A DNA stretch of 62,695 bases, the filler included. It is 12 parts of 12 records of this genome, joined end to end, with 100 filler letters (N's around TTAATTAATTAA, not from the genome) between each part and the next. Parts side by side here need not be neighbours in the genome. Positions count along the whole stretch, not along the records: positions 28,861 to 33,023 come from SRR11831585_771; positions 33,124 to 37,911 come from SRR11831585_773; positions 38,012 to 41,423 come from SRR11831585_774; positions 41,524 to 52,899 come from SRR11831585_776; 8 more parts are not named here. One strand, 5' to 3'. The notes under the pieces were generated by a model, which worked only from the letters and a program-made list of their open reading frames with translations, made no database searches and had not been told where the DNA came from. Positions 32,860 to 41,700 of this stretch are shown here, piece after piece. Numbering within the stretch: position 1 is the stretch's first letter; each line of letters starts with the position of its first letter. Position numbers and translations under genes: made by a program.

Positions 32860-33023
32860 ATGGACAAGGAATTACCGTGGCTGGCGGATAACGCCCAACT
32901 GGAACTGAAATATAAAAAAGGCAAAACGCCGCTCAGTCATCGTCGCTGGCCGGGCGAACCAGTGTCCGTTATCACTGGAAGTCTCATCCAGACATTGGGT
33001 GATGAATTGCTACAAAAAGCTGA
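32860..33023 (+). CDS. yehI: YehI, 5' fragment
   Basis: MDKELPWLADNAQLEL directly after molR; LPWLA and SHRR motifs shared with MolR. Confidence 0.85.
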
Positions 33024-33123
33024 NNNNNNNNNNNNNNNNNNNNNNNNNNNNNNNNNNNNNNNNNNNNTTAATTAATTAANNNNNNNNNNNNNNNNNNNNN
33101 NNNNNNNNNNNNNNNNNNNNNNN
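33024..33123. other. Artificial contig spacer 5
   Basis: N44-TTAATTAATTAA-N44. Confidence 0.99.
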
Positions 33124-33777
33124 AAAACCGAAAAAGGCCAGCAGGAACACCGCCGACGCCAGCCCCGGAGAAAGTGAAAGCGTGCGGAAACTGGCAAAAT
33201 CGAGGCTGCCGCTTTCGCGCCCCATCAGCAAGAAGGCGATCATTATCAGCACCGATCCGGCGTGGGCGATAAAAAAGTAGAGCATGCCAGCGTTGATCGA
33301 CGTTTTATCCTGCCTGGCAATGACCAGAAACCAGGAAGACAGCGACATCATTTCAAACAGCACGATGAACCAAAAAGCGTTGTCCATCACCAGCAGGGCA
33401 ACCATCGATGCGATGAAAATATTCATAAAGAAGCCCATCGCCGCCGCGCCTTTGCCCTCGTATTCGCGCATATAAGTCAATGAATAGAGAGAACAAACCA
33501 CCACCAGCAAGGAGATAACCAGCACCATAAATGCCGAGAGGCTATCCATTCGCAGGGTTAAATCGGCAAATTCAAAAGGGGGGGCAAAACGGGCGACTAA
33601 AGTTACACCAGCATGTAATTGCGTAATTCCGCTGATGATGCCAATCACGCCGCCCACCAGCGATGTGATGCCGGAAAGCTTAATAGCCAGTCTGTCCAGA
33701 CCGAGTAAAAACAGCGAAGCCAGACTAGCAAACAGATAGAGAATCAGCGACCAGGTTAATAATTGCAGGGCATCCAT
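33124..33777 (-). CDS. hyfB: Hydrogenase-4 membrane subunit B, 5' part
   Basis: NuoL/MrpA-like TM protein coupled to hyfA. Confidence 0.93.
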
Positions 33778-34394
33778 TAGCGTTGCTCCTGAGTGAGGGA
33801 AAGGGGATCCTCCCCGCCATTGGCAAACCAGCTTGCGGCAAGGCGCTGTTTTTCTTTCATCTGACGTTGCAGGCTATCACCGGTGATCAGCCGTAACGCC
33901 TGATTCGGGCAAGCGCGAACGCAGGCCGGACCTTCTGGCAAGAAATCACACAGGTCGCATTTCACCGCGACGGTCTGGACACCAGGTTCCCAGCGCAGCA
34001 AAGCATGTTGTGTTGGCGCGTTTTCTTCGCCGTCTTTGAGTGAGCCTTCAGCCTGAAAAACATATTGCGCATGGGCATTCACCGGACGGCTTCCTGAAGC
34101 GCTGATTGCGCCAAATGGGCAGACCACGGCGCAAAGCTTGCAGCCAATACAGAGGCTTTCGTTGAGTTGGATCGCATCATCCCTCTGAGAGATGGCATTG
34201 ACCGGGCAGACCTGCAGGCAAGGGGCTTCCTCACAGTGATGACACACGACAGGGGCAGTGATTGTTGACGTCTTCGCCAGGGCCAGGCGCGGGTGTTGCT
34301 GTAAACCTTGCGTTTTATGCACGTCCGAACAGGCAGCGAGACAGGTATTACATCCTGTACACCACAGTGGTTCGGCCACCACAAAGCGGTTCAT
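33777..34394 (-). CDS. hyfA: Hydrogenase-4 iron-sulfur subunit A
   Basis: Several CxxCxxCxxxC(P) motifs; 205 aa from MNRFVV. Confidence 0.95.
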   Translation of the reverse strand: MNRFVVAEPLWCTGCNTCLAACSDVHKTQGLQQHPRLALAKTSTITAPVVCHHCEEAPCLQVCPVNAISQRDDAIQLNESLCIGCKLCAVVCPFGAISASGSRPVNAHAQYVFQAEGSLKDGEENAPTQHALLRWEPGVQTVAVKCDLCDFLPEGPACVRACPNQALRLITGDSLQRQMKEKQRLAASWFANGGEDPLSLTQEQR

Positions 34395-34435
34395 GTCGGC
34401 TCCTTGAAAATGATATGAAACATTGCATTTCATAT

Positions 34436-34451
34436 TGCATAAAGGATGCCA
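34436..34451 (-). promoter_or_regulatory. Sigma-54 -24/-12 promoter of the hyf operon
   Basis: Minus strand TGGCATCCTTTATGCA (GG-N10-GC). Confidence 0.8.
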
Positions 34452-34646
34452 TTCTGATTAACTCAATATATTCAATAAGTTATGTATTAACTGGATTCTG
34501 AACGGTACAAAAATGATGGTCATTAACGTTCAGCAAAAAATGGATTCGACACCCGTGTCGCAGGGGAAAGCGAGAATGTGATCTTGATCACGAGAAGTGA
34601 GGTATGCTGGCCGCAAGCGCAGCCAGCACGGAATGGAGCAAAGTAA

Positions 34647-35117
34647 TCAGGCGTGTTCTTTCAGCCAGTTCAGCACAACGTCGTGGTGATTGCTGGTTTT
34701 GAAATCGTCAAAGACATGTTCGATTTTGCCATCAGCGTCAATCAGGAAGCTGATGCGATGAATGCCATCGTAGGTTTTGCCCATGAAGGACTTTTCACCC
34801 CAGACGCCGAATTGTTCGCACACCTGGTGGTCCTCATCAGACAGGAGCGTAAAGTTAAGCAGCTCTTTTTCCGCAAAACGGGAGAGTTTTTCGGGTTTAT
34901 CGGTGCTGATACCCAGCACATCAACGCCCGCTTTTTTCAACTCATCCATGTTATCGCGTAAGCCGCAGGCCTGTACGGTACAGCCGGGGGTCATGGCTTT
35001 CGGGTAGAAATAAACCAGAACACGCTGTCCCTGGAAGTCGGTCAAATTAACTTGTTCTCCGTCTTGATCCGGCAAGCTAAATTTCGGTGCGATATCACCG
35101 GCTTTCAGTGGATTCAT
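34647..35117 (-). CDS. bcp: Thiol peroxidase (peroxiredoxin Q)
   Basis: FYPKAMTPGCTVQAC. Confidence 0.97.
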   Translation of the reverse strand: MNPLKAGDIAPKFSLPDQDGEQVNLTDFQGQRVLVYFYPKAMTPGCTVQACGLRDNMDELKKAGVDVLGISTDKPEKLSRFAEKELLNFTLLSDEDHQVCEQFGVWGEKSFMGKTYDGIHRISFLIDADGKIEHVFDDFKTSNHHDVVLNWLKEHA

Positions 35118-35689
35118 TACTTAACTCCATCCTGTTCATCATGTTGGGAATAATTGACGACGTTAATACTGCCTTGTGCATTGAGTTCTGTACATAGGGC
35201 TTTGAACGCTTGCTCAATATTTGCTGCGTCCGCAGATGCGGGGCTGTGGGCGGTTATCTGAATATGCAACTGCGCAGCCCGTTCATTTTCAGCAGGTTGC
35301 GTGCGCGACACCAGCTCCGCAATGTTCATATGATGCGCGTCGAAAAGTGCTGTGAAGCGTTCAATTAAATGCGGGGAGTCTGCCACATCGACCTGAACCC
35401 AGACAGATGCTGGCATTGGCGGACGCGGACGCGCCGTCGTGCGCTTCATCACGATTAAAAGATCCAGTTCGGCACCTTTCAACGGTAACGTTGATTCAAT
35501 CAGAGTAATGGCATTCCATGAACCGGAAAGCAGCATAATAAACGTGAACTCTTCTCCCAGCATCGCCAGGCGACTGTCTTCAATATTACAGCCGCAACTA
35601 CTGACATGACGGGTGATGGTGTTCACAATTCCAGGGCGATCGGCACCCAACGCAGTGATCACCAGATAATGTTGCGATGACAGTGTCAA
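35117..35689 (-). CDS. gcvR: Glycine cleavage system repressor (two ACT domains)
   Basis: GADRPGIV; TTG start gives 190 aa. Confidence 0.94.
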   Translation of the reverse strand: MTLSSQHYLVITALGADRPGIVNTITRHVSSCGCNIEDSRLAMLGEEFTFIMLLSGSWNAITLIESTLPLKGAELDLLIVMKRTTARPRPPMPASVWVQVDVADSPHLIERFTALFDAHHMNIAELVSRTQPAENERAAQLHIQITAHSPASADAANIEQAFKALCTELNAQGSINVVNYSQHDEQDGVK

Positions 35690-35834
35690 ACTGGTTATTC
35701 CTTTAAGGGGTGAGTTGTTCTTAAGGAAAGCATAAAAAAAACATGCATACAACAATCAGAACGGTTCTGTCTGCTTGCTTTTAATGCCATACCAAACGTA
35801 CCATTGAGACACTTGTTTGCACAGAGGATGGCCC

Positions 35835-36713
35835 ATGTTCACGGGAAGTATTGTCGCGATTGTTACTCCGATGGATGAAAAAGGTAATGTCTGTCGGGCT
35901 AGCTTGAAAAAACTGATTGATTATCATGTCGCCAGCGGTACTTCGGCGATCGTTTCTGTTGGCACCACTGGCGAGTCCGCTACCTTAAATCATGACGAAC
36001 ATGCTGATGTGGTGATGATGACGCTGGATCTGGCTGATGGGCGCATTCCGGTAATTGCCGGGACCGGCGCTAACGCTACTGCGGAAGCCATTAGCCTGAC
36101 GCAGCGCTTCAATGACAGTGGTATCGTCGGCTGCCTGACGGTAACCCCTTACTACAATCGTCCGTCGCAAGAAGGTTTGTATCAGCATTTCAAAGCCATC
36201 GCTGAGCATACTGACCTGCCGCAAATTCTGTATAATGTGCCGTCCCGTACTGGCTGCGATCTGCTCCCGGAAACGGTGGGCCGTCTGGCGAAAGTAAAAA
36301 ATATTATCGGAATCAAAGAGGCAACAGGGAACTTAACGCGTGTAAACCAGATCAAAGAGCTGGTTTCAGATGATTTTGTTCTGCTGAGCGGCGATGATGC
36401 GAGCGCGCTGGACTTCATGCAATTGGGCGGTCATGGGGTTATTTCCGTTACGGCTAACGTCGCAGCGCGTGATATGGCCCAGATGTGCAAACTGGCAGCA
36501 GAAGGGCATTTTGCCGAGGCACGCGTTATTAATCAGCGTCTGATGCCATTACACAACAAACTATTTGTCGAACCCAATCCAATCCCGGTGAAATGGGCAT
36601 GTAAGGAACTGGGTCTTGTGGCGACCGATACGCTGCGCCTGCCAATGACACCAATCACCGACAGTGGTCGTGAGACGGTCAGAGCGGCGCTTAAGCATGC
36701 CGGTTTGCTGTAA
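35835..36713 (+). CDS. dapA: 4-hydroxy-tetrahydrodipicolinate synthase
   Basis: [17 protein letters not shown]. Confidence 0.98.
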
Positions 36714-36729
36714 AGTTTAGGGAGATTTG

Positions 36730-37764
36730 ATGGCTTACTCTGTTCAAAAGTCGCGCCTGGCAAAGGTTGCGGGTGTTTCGCTTGTTTTATTACTCGCTGC
36801 CTGTAGTTCTGACTCACGCTATAAGCGTCAGGTCAGTGGTGATGAAGCCTACCTGGAAGCGGCACCGCTTGCGGAGCTTCATGCCCCGGCTGGAATGATT
36901 TTGCCGGTGACCTCCGGTGATTATGCAATCCCGGTGACCAACGGTAGTGGTGCTGTCGGTAAGGCGCTGGACATTCGTCCACCAGCCCAGCCGCTGGCAC
37001 TGGTTTCTGGCGCGCGTACCCAGTTCACGGGCGATACCGCTTCATTGCTGGTGGAAAATGGTCGTGGCAATACTCTGTGGCCGCAGGTGGTTAGCGTGCT
37101 GCAGGCGAAAAACTACACCATCACCCAACGTGATGATGCTGGTCAGACACTGACCACCGATTGGGTACAATGGAACCGTCTGGACGAAGACGAGCAGTAT
37201 CGTGGTCGTTATCAAATCTCTGTTAAGCCGCAGGGTTATCAGCAGGCGGTTACGGTTAAACTGCTGAACCTGGAACAGGCGGGCAAACCGGTTGCAGACG
37301 CGGCTTCCATGCAGCGTTACAGCACGGAGATGATGAACGTTATTTCCGCCGGTCTGGATAAATCTGCCACTGACGCCGCGAACGCTGCGCAAAATCGTGC
37401 CTCCACCACTATGGACGTACAAAGTGCAGCTGATGACACCGGTTTACCAATGCTGGTCGTACGCGGGCCGTTCAATGTGGTTTGGCAACGTCTGCCAGCG
37501 GCGCTGGAAAAAGTGGGCATGAAAGTGACCGACAGCACCCGTTCGCAGGGCAACATGGCCGTAACTTATAAGCCGCTGTCTGACAGCGACTGGCAGGAAC
37601 TGGGCGCGAGCGATCCAGGCCTGGCATCCGGTGACTATAAACTGCAGGTTGGCGATTTAGATAACCGCAGCAGCCTACAGTTCATCGATCCGAAAGGTCA
37701 TACTCTGACTCAGAGTCAGAACGACGCGCTGGTAGCTGTCTTCCAGGCTGCGTTTAGCAAGTAA
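36730..37764 (+). CDS. bamC: BAM complex lipoprotein
   Basis: Lipobox LAAC; follows dapA. Confidence 0.96.
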
Positions 37765-37770
37765 AAATAC

Positions 37771-37798
37771 AGGGCTGGAATCATCCGGCCCTTTTTTC
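37771..37798 (+). terminator. Rho-independent terminator after bamC
   Basis: AGGGCTGGA-ATCA-TCCGGCCCT then TTTTT. Confidence 0.8.
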
Positions 37799-37865
37799 TG
37801 ATATGATACGCAAACGTGTGCGTCTGCAGGAAAACGCGATTTTAGCGGTAATTCGCACGAAATTT

Positions 37866-37911
37866 GTTTGTCGGACGTAGTTCGGATAAGGCGTTCACGC
37901 CGCATCCGACA
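37866..37911. repeat. REP element at contig end
   Basis: GTAGTTCGGATAAGGCGTTCACGCCGCATCCGACA. Confidence 0.85.
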
Positions 37912-38011
37912 NNNNNNNNNNNNNNNNNNNNNNNNNNNNNNNNNNNNNNNNNNNNTTAATTAATTAANNNNNNNNNNNNNNNNNNNNNNNNNNNNNNNNN
38001 NNNNNNNNNNN
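37912..38011. other. Artificial contig spacer 6
   Basis: N44-TTAATTAATTAA-N44. Confidence 0.99.
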
Positions 38012-39461
38012 GGCACGGGCGGAAGCAGAAAAAGCCAGCCAGGCAAAATCGGCGTTTCTGGCGGCGATGAGCCATGAGATCCGCACACCGCTGTACGGTA
38101 TTCTCGGCACTGCTCAACTGCTGGCAGATAACCCCGCACTTAACGCCCAGCGTGATGATTTGCGGGCAATTACTGACTCTGGTGAATCGTTGCTGACCAT
38201 CCTCAACGATATTCTCGATTATTCCGCTATCGAAGCAGGTGGCAAGAATGTTTCGGTCAGCGATGAGCCCTTTGAACCGCGCCCGCTGCTGGAAAGTACC
38301 CTGCAATTAATGAGCGGACGGGTGAAAGGTCGCCCGATTCGCCTGGCAACGGCAATTGCCGATGATATGCCGTGCGCGTTAATGGGCGATCCACGACGTA
38401 TTCGTCAGGTTATAACCAACCTGTTGAGCAACGCCCTGCGTTTTACTGACGAAGGGTACATTATCCTGCGTAGTCGCACTGATGGCGAGCAATGGCTGGT
38501 CGAAGTGGAAGACAGCGGCTGCGGTATTGATCCCGCGAAACTGGCAGAAATCTTCCAGCCATTTGTGCAGGTAAGCGGCAAACGCGGCGGCACCGGGCTG
38601 GGACTGACTATCAGTAGCCGTCTGGCCCAGGCGATGGGCGGCGAACTGAGCGCCACCAGCACGCCGGAGGTTGGAAGCTGTTTTTGTTTACGCTTGCCGT
38701 TACGTGTTGCCACGGCACCCGTGCCAAAAACAGTCAATCAGGCGGTGCGTCTTGACGGTTTACGTTTGCTGTTAATTGAAGATAACCCGCTAACCCAGCG
38801 AATTACCATTGAGATGCTGAAAACCAGTGGTGCGCAGATTGTTGCTGTTGGCAATGCCGCGCAGGCTTTAGAGACACTGCAAAATAGCGAACCGTTTGCT
38901 GCCGCACTGGTGGATTTTGATCTGCCGGATATCGACGGCATTACGCTTGCCCGACAACTGGCACAGCAATATCCGTCGCTGGTTTTGATTGGCTTTAGCG
39001 CCCATGTCATTGACGAAACGCTGCGCCAGCGTACCAGTTCATTATTCCGCGGGATTATCCCTAAACCGGTGCCGCGTGAAGTGCTCGGTCAGTTACTGGC
39101 GCACTATCTCCAACTGCAAGTCAATAATGATCAATCGCTGGATGTATCGCAACTCAATGAAGATGCTCAGTTAATGGGGACGGAGAAGATCCACGAATGG
39201 CTGGTATTATTTACACAACATGCCCTGCCGCTTCTCGATGAAATCGACATTGCCCGCGCCAGTCAGGATAGCGAGAAAATAAAGCGTGCCGCGCATCAGC
39301 TAAAAAGCAGTTGCTCGAGTCTGGGAATGCATATCGCCAGCCAGCTATGCGCACAACTGGAGCAGCAGCCATTATCTGCCCCCCTTCCACACGAAGAAAT
39401 TACACGCAGTGTTGCCGCTCTGGAAGCATGGTTGCATAAGAAAGACCTGAACGCGATTTGA
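38012..39461 (+). CDS. torS: Hybrid sensor kinase TorS, 3' part (HisKA, HATPase, receiver, Hpt)
   Basis: [22 protein letters not shown]; upstream of yccM. Confidence 0.94.
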
Positions 39462-39532
39462 ATCAATATCAGCCAGTTAAGAACAACTAGAATAGTGGCA
39501 TTTGGTATACAACTTAACGGACTGGCAAAATC

Positions 39533-40606
39533 ATGGCAGAGAATAAAAGAACCCGCTGGCAGCGGCGGCCAGGCACGACGGGCGGCAAATTACCGTGGAA
39601 TGACTGGCGTAATGCCACGACCTGGCGTAAAGCGACGCAATTATTACTGTTGGCAATGAATATTTATATTGCCATCACGTTCTGGTATTGGGTGCGCTAT
39701 TACGAAACGGCAAGTAGCACGACATTTGTCGCCAGACCGGGAGGTATCGAAGGCTGGCTACCGATTGCCGGGCTGATGAATCTGAAATATAGCCTTGTAA
39801 CAGGTCAGTTACCGTCCGTCCACGCCGCCGCGATGCTGTTATTGGTCGCTTTTATCGTCATCAGTCTATTACTCAAAAAGGCCTTTTGCTCATGGTTATG
39901 CCCGGTTGGTACGCTTTCTGAATTAATCGGCGATCTCGGTAACAAACTGTTTGGTCGGCAATGTGTCCTTCCCCGCTGGCTGGATATTCCTCTGCGCGGC
40001 GTGAAGTATTTGCTGTTGAGTTTTTTTATCTATATCGCGTTATTGATGCCCGCTCAGGCGATTCACTATTTTATGTTGTCGCCCTACAGCGTGGTGATGG
40101 ACGTTAAAATGCTCGATTTCTTTCGTCATATGGGGACCGCGACATTAATCAGCGTGACCGTTTTGCTGATTGCCAGCCTGTTTATTCGCCATGCCTGGTG
40201 TCGTTATCTTTGCCCATATGGCGCGCTGATGGGCGTGGTTTCGCTATTGTCGCCGTTTAAGATTCGTCGCAATGCCGAAAGTTGTATCGACTGTGGCAAA
40301 TGCGCAAAAAATTGCCCATCACGGATCCCGGTCGATAAATTAATTCAGGTACGAACAGTGGAATGTACCGGCTGTATGACTTGCGTAGAGTCATGTCCGG
40401 TAGCCTCAACATTGACCTTTTCACTGCAAAAACCTGCGGCAAATAAAAAAGCCTTTGCGTTGTCTGGCTGGTTAATGACGCTACTGGTTCTGGGGATTAT
40501 GTTTGCGGTGATTGGTTACGCAATGTATGCGGGAGTATGGCAAAGCCCGGTGCCGGAGGAATTGTACCGACGCTTAATTCCACAAGCGCCAATGATTGGT
40601 CACTAA
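39533..40606 (+). CDS. yccM: 4Fe-4S membrane protein (NapH/MauN-like)
   Basis: FCSWLCP, WCRYLCP and two ferredoxin motifs. Confidence 0.94.
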   Translation: MAENKRTRWQRRPGTTGGKLPWNDWRNATTWRKATQLLLLAMNIYIAITFWYWVRYYETASSTTFVARPGGIEGWLPIAGLMNLKYSLVTGQLPSVHAAAMLLLVAFIVISLLLKKAFCSWLCPVGTLSELIGDLGNKLFGRQCVLPRWLDIPLRGVKYLLLSFFIYIALLMPAQAIHYFMLSPYSVVMDVKMLDFFRHMGTATLISVTVLLIASLFIRHAWCRYLCPYGALMGVVSLLSPFKIRRNAESCIDCGKCAKNCPSRIPVDKLIQVRTVECTGCMTCVESCPVASTLTFSLQKPAANKKAFALSGWLMTLLVLGIMFAVIGYAMYAGVWQSPVPEELYRRLIPQAPMIGH

Positions 40607-40654
40607 ATTAGCAACAAGCGGAACATCACCTCGCACGGGGTGATGTTCACAAAA

Positions 40655-40828
40655 TCACATTATTTTGATTTTGACATCATAACTTTCAAGCCCGGTCATT
40701 TTTTCTCGTGCGGTGAAGCGAATTTCAGAGACTTCTTTCCCTGTATTCTTGTTCAGCTCGGCGATTTTTTGCGCGATAAAGTCGGCGATTTCCGTTTCGG
40801 CTTGTTTTTTTAACTCTTCAATATTCAC
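40655..40828 (-). CDS. gnsA: GnsA small protein
   Basis: Hand translation from GTG: MNIEELKKQAETEIADFIAQKIAELNKNTGKEVSEIRFTAREKMTGLESYDVKIKIM. Confidence 0.92.
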   Translation of the reverse strand: MNIEELKKQAETEIADFIAQKIAELNKNTGKEVSEIRFTAREKMTGLESYDVKIKIM

Positions 40829-41048
40829 TGTTAACCTCTTCTGGTCTTAAAAGACAGCAACACGCCAGTAAGGTGTTGGTTCCCGGTACCCTGGTCAGGT
40901 AAGAAATGTTATAAGCCATCTCCCCGAAAGATTCAATAATCAACAGGTTATCGCTTACTATACATACAGCGTTGAAGAAAAATAAGGCAGATATAAAAAA
41001 GGCTCCACGAGGGAGCCTGATATTATTTTGTGAAATCCAGCGGCGCAT
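40818..41048 (-). CDS. ymcE: Cold-shock locus small protein YmcE (Sfa)
   Basis: MRRWISQNNIRL, 76 aa; position between cspG and gnsA. Confidence 0.75.
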   Translation of the reverse strand: MRRWISQNNIRLPRGAFFISALFFFNAVCIVSDNLLIIESFGEMAYNISYLTRVPGTNTLLACCCLLRPEEVNSEY

Positions 41049-41211
41049 GGTCAGTGCGTATTTGCAGCGCGACGTTATCAAAGGTGATCATCGTCGATTT
41101 ACAAAAAATACACTTAGCGCCCAAAGGGTTTCGCTCCGTCACATCGAATGCCGATGTGCGGTACTGTGAACCATGACAACATGGACAGCGGAAATGGAGA
41201 TGTTGAGTAAT
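41023..41211 (-). CDS. ymcF: Cold-shock small zinc-ribbon protein YmcF (ATT start)
   Basis: TQHLHFRCPCCHGSQY..CIFCKS; ATT 10 nt after the cspG stop. Confidence 0.8.
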   Translation of the reverse strand: MTQHLHFRCPCCHGSQYRTSAFDVTERNPLGAKCIFCKSTMITFDNVALQIRTDHAPLDFTK

Positions 41212-41221
41212 AATGGCAACC

Positions 41222-41423
41222 TTAGAGCGTAACAACGTTCGCTGCCGCGGGGCCACGTTGCCCCTGCTCAATAGAAAATTCAACTTTCTGATTTTCGTTC
41301 AGCGTGCGGAATTCATTGCTCTGGATGGCGGTGAAATGGACGAAAACGTCTTTGCTGCCATCATCAGGAGTGATAAAGCCAAAACCTTTATCTGCGTTAA
41401 ACCATTTTACTAAACCAGTCATT
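41222..41423 (-). CDS. cspG: Cold-shock protein CspG, first codons missing
   Basis: [12 protein letters not shown] and VFVHF; synteny with ymcF and gnsA. Confidence 0.93.
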
Positions 41424-41523
41424 NNNNNNNNNNNNNNNNNNNNNNNNNNNNNNNNNNNNNNNNNNNNTTAATTAATTAANNNNNNNNNNNNNNNNNNNNN
41501 NNNNNNNNNNNNNNNNNNNNNNN
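41424..41523. other. Artificial contig spacer 7
   Basis: N44-TTAATTAATTAA-N44. Confidence 0.99.
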
Positions 41524-41700
41524 TTAAGCTACTAAAAATATTTTACAAAATTTCAAATTTAATTGAAAGCTATGGCGATATTGAAAAATTCATCAACAAC
41601 TATGCTTAGTGTAGGCGCAACCTTCAACTGAACGGTTAAACATGCCACAATACCCGTATTGAATGCTTAATTTTTCGCTAAATCAGGATATTAACTACCC

